This document shows, one piece after another, positions 52,903 to 64,000 of a stretch of DNA of 64,000 bases (position 1 is the first letter of the stretch; every line of letters begins with the position of its first letter). Under the pieces are notes generated by a model. It made no database searches. It was not told the origin of the DNA and saw nothing but the letters and a program-made list of their open reading frames with translations. A program made the position numbers and the translations under genes. Source of the stretch: Octopus sinensis (Eukaryota); contig NC_043000.1 in NCBI RefSeq assembly GCF_006345805.1, positions 12,586,001 to 12,650,000 on the forward strand, given 5' to 3'.

Positions 52903-54110
52903 TGTACACATCAAGCTTCTGTGATACACAAGTCAAACTCCTGTGATATCTACATCAAATTTCTGCAACATATTCATCAAACTTCTGTAATATACACACC
53001 AAACTTGTGCATAATACACATCAAACTTATATATTATACACATCAAACTTCTGTGATATCTATATCAAACTTCTGCAATGTATACATCAAACTTCTGTGA
53101 TATCTATATCAAACTTCTGCAATGTATACATCAAACTTCTGTGATATCTATATCAAACTTCTGCAATGTATACATCAACTTCTGTGATATCTATATCAAA
53201 CTCTGCAATGTACACATCAAACTTCTGTGATATCTATATCAAACTTCTGCAATGTATACATCAAACTTCTGTATATCTATATCAAACTTCTGCAATGTAT
53301 ACATCAAACTTCTGTGATATCTATATCAAACTTCTGCAATGTACACATCAAACTCTGTGATATCTATATCAAACTTCTGCAATGTATACATCAAACTTCT
53401 GTGATATCTATATCAAACTTCTGCAATGTATACATCAAACTTCTGTGATATCTATATCAAACTTCTGCAATGTATACATCAAACTTCTGTGATATCTATA
53501 TCAAACTTCTGCAATGTACACATCAAACTTCTGTGATATCTATATCAAACTTCTGCAATGTATACATCAAACTTCTGTGATATCTATATCAAACTTCTGC
53601 AATGTATACATCAAACTTCTGTGATATCTATATCAAACTTCTGCAATGTATACATCAAACTTCTGTGATATCTATATCAAACTTCTGCAATGTACACATC
53701 AACTTCTGTGTATCTATATCAAACTTCTGCAATGTATACATCAAACTTCTGTGATATCTATATCAAACTTCTGCAATGTACACATCAAACTTCTGTGATA
53801 TCTATATCAAACTTCTGCAATGTATACATCAAACTTCTGTGATATCTATATCAAACTTCTGCAATGTATACATCAAACTTCTGTGATATCTATATCAAAC
53901 TTCTGCAATGTACACATCAAACTTCTGATTTATCTATATCAAACTTCTGCAATGTATACATCAAACTTCTGTGATATCTATATCAAACTTCTGCAATGTA
54001 TACATCAAACTTCTGTGATATCTACATCAAACTTCAGTGATATACACATCCAACTTTTGCAATATACACATCATACATCAGTAATATACACATCCAGCTT
54101 CAGTGATATA
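52903..54110. repeat. Minisatellite array with a 44-bp higher-order unit made of two alternating 22-bp monomers
   Basis: catcaaacttctgtgatatcta + tatcaaacttctgcaatgtata repeated about 22 times (homogeneous ~53040-54030), with degenerate 22-mers on both flanks. Confidence 0.97.
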
Positions 54111-54527
54111 TTTATAATGTACTTAGGATTTTAAAATAGTGTAAACGGCAACAACAACAAAATAGTGTAGTTTCAGCTATAGAGGTGTCCACCATACATT
54201 CTCTTACAACCTCTTGCAAGCAATACACCATTCTATTAACATTATACCATCAATATTCTCATTAGAGATATCACACTGAGAGAGGAGAGGGAAATAAAAG
54301 CAAAATAAAAAAAAGTTGAATATAATTTGGGATTTTTTTTTCTTCCCAATTTATCTAAAGCTCCAAAAATACAGTGAAAACTTTCCTTGGCTTCATAAGT
54401 TTAATTAACTGGAAGAAGGAACCAGATTTTCCAAACATGGTAGAGGTGGAGGAGGGGATTGTAAGGGAAGTATATAAGGACAAGCAAACATGATAGCATG
54501 TGGTTGGCTTTTATGAGTCATTTGGAA

Positions 54528-54911
54528 TGGAAGCACTCCGTCGGTTACGACGACGAGGGTTCCGGTTGATCCGAATCAACGGAACAGCCTGCTCGTGAAT
54601 TAACGTGTAAGTGGCTGAGCACTCCACAGACACGTGTACCCTTAACGTAGTTCTCGGGGATATTCAGCGTGACACAGAGAGTGACAAGGCCGGCCCTTTG
54701 AAATACAGGTACAACAGAAACAGGAAGTAAGAGTGAGAGAAAGTTGTGGTGAAAGAGTACAGCAGGGATCACCACCATCCCCTGCCGGAGCTTTGTGGAG
54801 CTTTAGGTGTTTTCGCTCAATAAACACTCACAACGCCCGGTCTGGGAATTGAAACCGTGATCCTACGACCGCGAGTCCGCTGCCCTAACCACTGGGCCAT
54901 TGCGCCTCCAC
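54528..54911 (-). mobile_element. SINE family B (young copy)
   Basis: Near-identical to 43918-44302. Confidence 0.9.
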
Positions 54912-54919
54912 TAAGTCAT

Positions 54920-56500
54920 TTATAGAAGCTCAGCTCAGTTTCTAGATTGAAGGTCACCACATGTTTGGCAACTATTTGTTGGAGAATCACAAAGTGTAGG
55001 ATTCCTGACAGATATATCTATAACAACCTCCAACTCATGTGAATCATTTTAGATCAGGGTTGAAATCCTTTCAGAGGGTGGGCTATCATTATCTAGTGAC
55101 AGCCTGTTTTGGTCCAGATTTCAAAGGCTAGGTTGCAATAATGTACAGCAGCTTCTGTTTCGTAGTCAAATCAAAGATACATTAAAGAAACTTTTGCATC
55201 ATATTCTCAGTAAGTCAAGGATACTTTTTCTCATCTCTTCTGTGTTTTGAAACTTGCTGCAAATGTTGAACCATTGCTGCAAGTCCTGGAGGTGTTGAGT
55301 GGCATTCCACTCAAACAGGGACACAAAAGGGTTGTATCAATATCTAAGGGACAAATCAATAGCCTTGCAACTTGGTACCTCGAGAAGCAATTCCATGAAG
55401 AATGGCAACTTCTGCTGCGGAGTAATTGCTGAGATAAAAGTGCTCAGGTTTTGCTTCAGTCCAGACCTCCAGATAGATAAAAACTGAGAAAAGGTTACAA
55501 GCAGCCTGGCAAATCTCACTCTGAAATGAGCTGAAAATAAAAATCAATAACTGTCTCTGAAAAATTGGGTGAAAGTGGCTAATGCCTACAATGCTTTGGT
55601 AGTGGACTTCTATCTGACAGTGCCTTGTCTCAAGAAACCTCTGATCAGGTTAAAACACGTCTTTTTTTATTTATTTCTTTTTTTGCAATAAAATAGGTTA
55701 GGTTCTGCTGGTTAGGAGGATCTTCTACTGCCAACAACCATTTCAAAGGAAGTTTCAGAATGCTGTGGCTGATGATGTGCTGCCACATGTTGAGACATGT
55801 GCGTTTGTAAAATTTCCTGGATGTCCAAAGCGAACAGATATGGAGTTACCATTTATGAGAAGTGTCTTTCCATAGCTTGACTCTTGAACCAAGCTGCTTG
55901 ATTCAAGAGTCAAGCTGCAGGTTTGGGTTCATCAACAATTTCTTGGTAGAGCTACTGAGGAGTGTGACCAGGCTGAGATAAACTCCATGGGCATGGCATT
56001 AACACCAAGCCAAACCTGTCTATGATGTGCCCAAAGCAGCCAACAATTCTGTCCATATGCATTGTTTCTGAGCATTACTGGTGATGTTAACTGAGCTCAG
56101 TGTAAAGATCGCTTAACCATCTTTCTTTTGTAAGAAGGTCAATTAGTTATCCCTTGCCCTGATGGCTATAGCAAAAGAGGTAATGTAGTGGACAGGATTG
56201 TGAGAGTAAGGACCGACAACATTTTCCTCTTCAGCCACATCTCTTCAACTTTTAAAAATACCACTTGAAAAGGAAGGAGAAAATGGGGAGAAAAGTGCTG
56301 TTATCCAGTAAATTTGCTGAAAGATGGACAAGAATGGTGAACCTAGTGTAGCTTTTGTAATTTCCAACCAAGGAGCAGATACCTGCATTTGTGTTGAAGG
56401 GCATTTACAGATTTATGGGGTGTTTTATTGTATCCCAAGCTGTAGCATAGCTAGGGGGCAGATAAGGGGTGTAGTCTATCCCCAGCAATGCTTTTATGAG
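54920..56500 (-). mobile_element. Ancient, heavily decayed RTE/BovB-like LINE (RT region)
   Basis: Minus-strand remnants in the expected order resemble YKRKGDR, RFG-P-KF, FN-...DLL-ADDA and FGLT; no open frame remains. Confidence 0.4.
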
Positions 56501-56529
56501 AGTGACACTTTTGGGCCAGCTGTATATAT

Positions 56530-56905
56530 CTTTTATTTTTTTATCTTTTGCTTGTTTCAGTCATTAAACTGTGGCCATGATGGGGCACCACCATGAAGAA
56601 TTTTTAATCAAATGAATTGACCCCAGGACTTATTTTCTTTTAAGCCTGGTACTTATTCTATCAGTCTCTTTTGCCGAACCACTAAGTCACGGGGAACATA
56701 AATGTACCAACACCGGTTGTCAAGGGGTGGTGGGAGACACACACACACATACACACCTATATATGACAGGTTTCTTTCAGTTTCTGTCTATCAAATTCAC
56801 CCACAAGGCTTTGAGACACTTGCCCACAAGAGCCATGCAGTGGGACTGAACCCGGAACCATACGATTGGGAAGCAAGATTCTTACCACACAGCAATGCCT
56901 ACACC
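56530..56905 (-). mobile_element. SINE family A
   Basis: Reverse complement copy with an internal deletion. Confidence 0.8.
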
Positions 56906-57339
56906 TATGTGCATGTATACACGTGCATGTATATACATGCATGTAAACACCAGAATAATTATGCTGATGATGTAAGCATATATTTACAAGCATGCATGCT
57001 TAAATGTATACAAAAGCAGACATCTATGTAAGTGCATATAACAGTATTGGACAGTTGTCCTGACTACATACACTCACACACATACAAACACACACACATG
57101 TAGTCATGCAGAGACACACAGTAGTGACTCACCATATATATATACAATGTATGAACGACTAAGACAGGTTGTTATTATCCCTTTGTATGACAACAGATTT
57201 AGATTTGTTTAAATCTATAGAGCTCTTATTACAATCACACCACACCGCTCTCTTCCCTCCATTTAGCGCCAATCACACATCTCACCCTCACCTTACTGTC
57301 CTGTCAACAACCTGTATCCAGACTATCTAATTGCTTCTT

Positions 57340-57566
57340 CTACTACTACTACTACTACTGCTGCTGCTGTTGCTGCTGCTACTACTGTTGCTGCCATCAT
57401 CACCTAAGGTATTATAGGTTTCTACTCCTACTATCACTCAACAACTAAAGTCATCCATCCCCTACAAGTGCTCAACTACCAACACAAAACCCCTGCTACC
57501 ACCACCATTACTACTACTACTACTACTACCACTACCACCACTACCACCACTACTACTACTACCACT

Positions 57567-57602
<36 letters not shown>

Positions 57603-57791
57603 GCTGCTGCCGCTGCCATCATCACCTAAGGTATTATAGGTTTCTACTACTCCTACTATCACTCAAGTCATCCCCTACAAGTGCTCAACTACCAACACAA
57701 AACCCCTGCTACCACCACCATTACTACTACTACTACTACCACTACCACCACTACTACTACTACCACTACCACCACTACTACTACTACTACT

Positions 57792-57824
<33 letters not shown>

Positions 57825-57935
57825 GCTGCTGCCGCTGCCATCATCACCTAAGGTATTATAGGTTTCTACTACTCCTACTATCACTCAAGTCATCCCCTAC
57901 AAGTGCTCAACTACCAACACAAAACCCCTGCTACT
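57340..57935. repeat. ~222-bp tandem repeat (about 2.5 copies) with internal (CTA/CCA)n
   Basis: ctgccatcatcacctaaggtattataggtttctact... recurs at 57391, 57613 and 57835. Confidence 0.92.
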
Positions 57936-58374
57936 ACCAATGCCCACCCTTATCGTTTCTGCTGCTAACCATGTCGTTGTCACCACCACCACACCACCAC
58001 CACCACCACAACAACAACAACTGACCATGTTATTGTTTCTACTGCTCCTGCAACTACAACTAACCCTCAACAACTAAAACTACCTCTACTACTACCACTC
58101 AACAACCAACACAAACCTACTGCTACAACCAGCACCGCTACTATTTCTACTATTATCTATGTTGCTGCTGCTACTACTACTACTACAACTACTGTTGCTA
58201 TCACTATGGACCATATTATTTCTACTACTACTGCTGTTGCTAACACTGTCACCACCACCACCACCATCAGCTACAAACACAAAACCTCTAACACCAACAC
58301 CCTTATCATTCCAACTACCACCCATATTACTACCATCACCACTACTACTACCACTACTACCCCCCTGTTGAGTC

Positions 58375-58781
58375 AAGTGAAATTGTAGTTGTGGCTGATG
58401 CTAGTGCTGTCTGACTGGCACTTGTGCTGGTGGCACATAAAGAGCACCATTTGAGTGTGGTTGATGCCAGTGCAGCCTGACTGGCTCCTGTGCTGGTAGC
58501 ACATAAAGAGCACCATTTGAGCATGGTCAATATCAGTGCTGCATGACTGGCTCCTGTGCCGGTGGTACATAAAAAGCACCATTCAAGCCAGTGCTATCTG
58601 ACTGGCACCCACTACACTCTCGGAGTAGTTGGTGTTAGGAAGGGCATCCAACTGTAGAAACCTTGCCAAATCAGATTGGAGCCTGGTACAGCCTCCTGGC
58701 TTGCCAGTCCTCAGTTAAACCATCCAACCCATGCCAGCATGGAAAGCAGATATTAAACGATGATGATGATGAAGATGATGA
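58375..58781 (+). mobile_element. RTE LINE 3'-end fragment with three to four 66-bp UTR repeats
   Basis: Period 66 (58397 to 58463), then the standard tail ending gatattaaacgatgatgat. Confidence 0.85.
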
Positions 58782-59048
58782 TTAAGCCAGCAAGCTGGCA
58801 GAATCGTTAGCATCCCCAAGCAAAATACTTAGCAGCATTTTGTCCATCTTTATGTTCTGAGTTCAAGTTCTGCTGAGGTTGACTTTGCCTTCCATCTTCT
58901 CGGGGTCGATGAAATAAGGAAGAACCAGCGGAACAACAGGGGTCAATGTAATCAACTAATCCTCTCCCCTAAAATTTCAGGCCTTGTGCCTATGGTAGAA
59001 AGGGTCATTATTAATGAAAGTGGAATATTATCATTTACTTGTTTCAGT

Positions 59049-59118
59049 CATTGGACCGTGACCATTGGACCGTGACCATTGGACCGTGACCATTGGACCG
59101 TGACCATTGGACCGTGAC
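59049..59118. repeat. Perfect 14-bp x5 tandem repeat inside a SINE A tail
   Basis: (cattggaccgtgac)5. Confidence 0.95.
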
Positions 59119-60844
59119 CATGGTGCAGCACCACATTGAAAGGTTCAATTGAATTTAATTGACTCCAGTATTTATTTTTCAGTGTAGTACTTAATCTATC
59201 ACCCACTTTTGACACTAATAAATTACAAGAATGAAAACAAACCAACATCGGTAGTCAAGGCTGACAGAAACCATGTGAGTGGATTTGGTTGTCAGGATTT
59301 GGTGTTTTGTGTGTGTATGTGTCTGGGTGTGTGGTGTGTGTGCGTGTCTGGGTGTGTGTGTGTGTGAAGCCTGTCATCTCTCTTTCTCTCTCTCTCATGT
59401 GTGTATGCATCTCTATGTTTGTGCTTGTTCCCTACACTTGACAACTGGTGTTGGTTTGATTACATTCCCGTCACTTAGCAGTTCAGCAATAAGAGACTGA
59501 AAGAATAAGTACCAGGCTTATAAAAAAATTAATTCCAGAGTTGGTTCATTCGGTTACAACTCTTGAAGGTGGTGCAAGGCTGCAGTCCAATGACCGAAAC
59601 AACAAAAAGATAAAAAGAATCTCTCATTGATGAAATTTAAAATCAGACAAAATTTTAATCACAATTACAACAATGGAATGAAATTTTTTCATGCCTATTT
59701 CACAAATTCCAGGCAAAATTTGTACTAAATTTGAAGTCCAAACTCACAATAACCTAAATGTTGATGGGGGTGGCGAATGGACACTATAAAAAGCATTGCT
59801 AAGTCCTGAGGTCAACCATCTCTTCCACCCAGCTGGTAACAGCACTTCAGATGGTTCTGTGAATGTCTTCAAATTACAGGCAAGCCCTTGACATTATTCC
59901 ACTTCACAGAGAAATATTTGTTCCATGGAAGTTGGTTCAAGTAGTTCTTCATTTGAAAACTTGACACTAAAACATTTAGAAAAATTTTTTTTTTCTTTTG
60001 CTTTTCCACCGGAGAAGTTTTGAGACTAACATTTTCAATATTGATGGAGAGGGGGCAAATGACCGATTAACCAGCCCCACAAATCGATTGAACACATACA
60101 CTGATAAATACACACAAACACACATATATAGACACACACGCACACACAAACGCAAGTACATATTCATTTGAGCACAGACACATACACACTCAAACACAGA
60201 CAAATATACACACAAATATGCAATGTACACAAATACAAAAATACAGAAATATACAAATACACACACACACACACACACACATACACACACACACACACAC
60301 ATACACACACACGCACACACACATACACACATACACACACGCATACATACATACATACAGACAGACAGACACACACACACATGCACAAATACACAGATAC
60401 ATAAACAAAATCAGAAATACAAATTCTGCAAAAATAAATCACACACATACACACAAACACACACACACACACACACACACAAACAAGCAAACACACAAAA
60501 TATTGACAGAGAAGCCGTGCAGATGCTCCATTTTCCAATAGTATCTCTACAACATCACCTTCTACTGATGTTTGCTGCTCATTAAGATATTTCTAAGGTT
60601 TTTTTTGTCGTTTTATAACTGCGTTTGCATCCTAACAACAACCACTACTGCCATAGCCTACACTACAGATGTTACCACCACCACCACCACCACCACCACC
60701 ACTACTATTACAACTATCCACACCACCACCGCCAAAATCTCCCCATCATCACCACCACTACCATCACTGCCACTATGACTATCACTGCCACTATGACTAT
60801 CACTACCATTATTACTACCACGACCACCACCACCATTCTCAGCA

Positions 60845-61330
60845 TCATTGACACTTTTGTGTCCTCTGTTTACTGCCAAAGAATATGTTACATTGGTAAA
60901 CACAAAACCAGATTTCCTTATGTCTTCCAAGAATCTCAACAGTTTCCAAAGTCTCAAATGACTGCATCCCACTCAGTTCTTGCTTATTCTTCTTCATTTT
61001 GAACTCACATCTGATGGTCTCCAGAAAACTCAGCTGTTCAGGTCTATGAAGAAGCTGACCAAGATTGCTTGGTCTTTTTGCTTATATATGTCGAGTTTCT
61101 TACCAGACACTTCTATTTCTGGGTTCTTCTCTTAGCTGGAATGAACAGGTTCATTTTTGATATAATCTGGTAAGGGTCTGTCCAGCAGTTAGCACTGCAT
61201 ATGGCCCTTGCACCCCCATATTCATCTGATCAATCATTCTGATGATGACATAGTCAAAGAGATTCTAAATCTTGTAATAGGGGTCTATCTTCAAGATGTT
61301 GTTATGAGTAGACAGAGGGAAAATAGTGTT
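60845..61330 (-). mobile_element. Decayed 3' end of an RTE/BovB-like LINE
   Basis: Remnant C-terminal C2H2-like segment (FVC-QCN...) and weak similarity to the LRW-GH/GRP region; by-eye only. Confidence 0.3.
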
Positions 61331-61408
61331 GGCAACAGATAGCTTATAGACAGCAGGCATCCTGAAAAGCAGGAGCCCGCCAAGGCAAAAATGATATTTT
61401 ATATATAA

Positions 61409-61569
61409 GCACAGGCATGGCTGTATGGTTAAGAAGCTTGCTTTGCAACCATGTGGTTTTGAGTTCAGTCCTACTGTTGTGGTACCTTGGGCAAGAGTCT
61501 TCTGCTATAGTCCTGAGCCAGCCAATGCCTTGTGAGTGAATTTGGAAGATGGAAACTCTGTCGAAGCCC

Positions 61570-61604
<35 letters not shown>

Positions 61605-61780
61605 TTGAGTTTCTCCCCCACTATCGTTTGACAACCACTGTTGGTTTGTTTACATCCCCATAACTAAGTGGTTCGGCCAACGACAACAGAATAACTACTA
61701 GGGTTTATTGTTTGACTAAACCCTTCAAGGCAGTGCCCCAACATGGCCACAGTTGAATGACTGAAGCAAGTAAAAGATAA
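61409..61780 (+). mobile_element. SINE family A
   Basis: Diverged full-length copy. Confidence 0.8.
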
Positions 61781-62414
61781 GCAGATATCTCTTTACAGTG
61801 CCACCTGACTGGTTTCCATGCCAGTGACACATAAAAAGCACCATTCAAGTGTAGTCGTTGCCAGTGCTGGCTGACTGGCACCCATGCTGGTGGCATGTAA
61901 AAGGCACCCTACATTCTCAGAGTAGCTGGCGTTAAGAAGGGCTTCCAGATGTAAAAACCTTGCCAGATCATATTGGAGCCTGGTGCAGCCTCCTGGGCTT
62001 GCCAATCCTTAGTCAAACCGTCAAACCCATGCCAGCATGGAAAGCAGATGTTAAACAATGATGATGATGATGATTTCGAATTTGCGAGGCTGTTTCTCAA
62101 TAAACTAGCCATTCTATCTCACTCTCTTTCTCCTTCTAAAAAAGAAATTAAATTCTGACTTGAAGACATTTGGAAAACTTAAACTTATCTGATTTTCATA
62201 AATACATACATTCATACATACTTGTATGTGAGTCTACTAAATCTGCCAAGGAATGGTAACCAAAATAAAGATAGATTGGAAGAAATTCCTTAGGAGAAAT
62301 CAAAATTGAAAAGTAATAAAAAGAACCTATAAAATAGGTGTATGTATGTATTTATGTATGTATGTATGTAGATACATACATGTGTGTATGTGTGTTTGTA
62401 TATAAATATATACA

Positions 62415-62811
62415 CTCTTTACTCTCTTTTACTCTCTTTTACTTTTTACTTGTTTCAGTCATTTGACTGCGGCCATGCTGGAGCACCGCCTTTAGTCGAC
62501 TTATTCTTTGTAAGCCCAGTACTTATTCTATCTTTTGCCAAACCGCTAAGTGACGGGGACGTAAACACACCAGCATCGGTTGTCAAGCAATGCTAGGGGG
62601 ACAAACACAGACTCAAAAACACACACACACATACATATATATATACATATATACGACAGGCTTCTTTCAGTTTCCTTCTACCAAATCCACTCACAAGGCA
62701 TTGGTTGGCCCGGGGCAAGTAGAAGACACTTGCCCAAGATGCCACGCAGTGGGACTGAACCCGGAACCATGTGGTTGGTTAGCAAGCTACTTACCACACA
62801 GCCACTCCTGC

Positions 62812-62812
<1 letters not shown>
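62415..62812 (-). mobile_element. SINE family A
   Basis: Well-preserved minus copy. Further partial copies at ~3300-3450, 22280-22435, 24580-24720, 41075-41290, 47740-47940, 48390-48640, 59030-59215, 59280-59615 and 63813-64000. Confidence 0.85.
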
Positions 62813-62865
<53 letters not shown>

Positions 62866-63087
62866 CACATACACACATACATGTGTGTGTGTGGTTGTGT
62901 ATATATATATATGTAGCCGAGATATAAGTAGTAAGTATTAAATTAAATTAAAATTCTTTTATATGGTTGTATGGAGGGGCCTACTATCCCTAAATGAAAA
63001 AATGTATATTTCCTCATTGAGAATAATTCGAACCCCTGTGATGCCAGAATTTTTATTCCCTTACAAATAAAATTATATATATATACA

Positions 63088-63136
<49 letters not shown>

Positions 63137-63165
63137 TTTATTAATAAAGCTGCAATGACATCACA

Positions 63166-63211
63166 AAAACTGTTACTCAGAGTTTCATGTTCCCGTTCAT
63201 CGGACAGTTTT
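63166..63211 (-). ncRNA. Type I hammerhead-like motif with CCGAUGA core variant
   Basis: Reverse complement: AAAACUGU CCGAUGA ACG-ggaa-CAU GAA ACU-cug-AGU A^ ACAGUUUU. 8-bp stem I; about 30 bp from a (TA)n tract. Confidence 0.55.
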
Positions 63212-63966
63212 GGTTGAGAATGCAACAAAAATAAGGTTCTATGTATAAATATACAATTACATTGATAGATAAATGAGTGTGTGTATGTGTGCATGTGTGT
63301 GTGTGTGTGTGTGTGCATGCGTGTGTGTGCGTGCGTGTGTGTGCGTGTTCATATCTGACTATGTGGCCAGGTGAAATTAAGTAAAGTAGAGATACTGCAT
63401 ACTCCAGAGACACGCTTTTCTTCACAGGCCTACCAAACATTTACACTAATGTTGAATAATGTCAGATATTGGTGTCAGCAGAAATAAATACATTAAAATT
63501 TTACACAAGAAAAATAAATAAATACAGAAATAAAAAAAAAAAAAACGAGAAAAGGAGGGAAGTTCAAAACTTCTATGTTTGCGTGTCCAGATGGTTCCTA
63601 TCAAATGTTAGTCAACAGCTGGCAATGTGAACAGGAGTAATAAAACAGGATTAAGTTACTCTCAACTACGAATACACTCATGAACATCACAACAGTACAG
63701 TTATTTATTGAGTTACACTTGTTATAAATCTAGATATGTGGTGTGGTGCAGTTTTGGGCTCAGTGTGATGTAGTGTGTGTGTGTGCGTATGTATGATATA
63801 TATGTTTGTACGTAGGTGTGTGGTTAAGAAGCTTGCTTCCCAGCTACATGATTTCAAGTTCAAACCCAATTCATGGCATCTTAAATGTCTTATATTACAA
63901 CCCTGAGCTGACCAAAGCCTTGCCAGAGGATTTGATGAACAGAAACTGAAAGAAGCCTGTCATCTT

Positions 63967-64000
<34 letters not shown>

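Noticed and set aside
52903-54110. CRISPR-like appearance (constant core with short intervening sequences)
   Set aside because: The intervening 10-mers alternate between only two variants, there are no unique spacers or cas genes, and the context is eukaryotic; it is a minisatellite.

Overview
Eukaryotic, AT-rich, extremely repeat-dense genomic DNA. The SINE, RTE-LINE and microsatellite make-up looks like an Octopus (coleoid cephalopod) genome; this is inferred from repeat families I recognise, not proven. Only one host coding exon is recognisable: a 73-nt minus-strand exon (33893-33965, canonical AG/GT) encoding SLDYDRSGLTKMKKSIKALYNSGS, which matches the start of the BAR domain of the ArfGAP ASAP1/2 family. 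The rest of the window therefore appears to be two very large (>30 kb) introns. They are filled with at least four tRNA-type SINE families, RTE and L1/Tx1 LINE relics, an ORF1-only retroelement relic, an internally deleted mariner, mariner/pogo/piggyBac/hAT-type MITEs, three non-autonomous Helitrons, Helentron-like elements, minisatellites (including a 44-bp dimeric array) and many microsatellites. Almost all ORFs in the supplied track are microsatellite or SINE artefacts. The most interesting signal is a set of six type-I hammerhead-ribozyme-like motifs from about four unrelated short elements, most of them next to (TA)n tracts. Five are sense to the host pre-mRNA, and one (32652-32720) has an apparently intact core about 1.2 kb downstream of the exon's splice donor, next to a nested fold-back palindrome. 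Everything was read by eye; no searches or folding were run, and most repeat boundaries are approximate.
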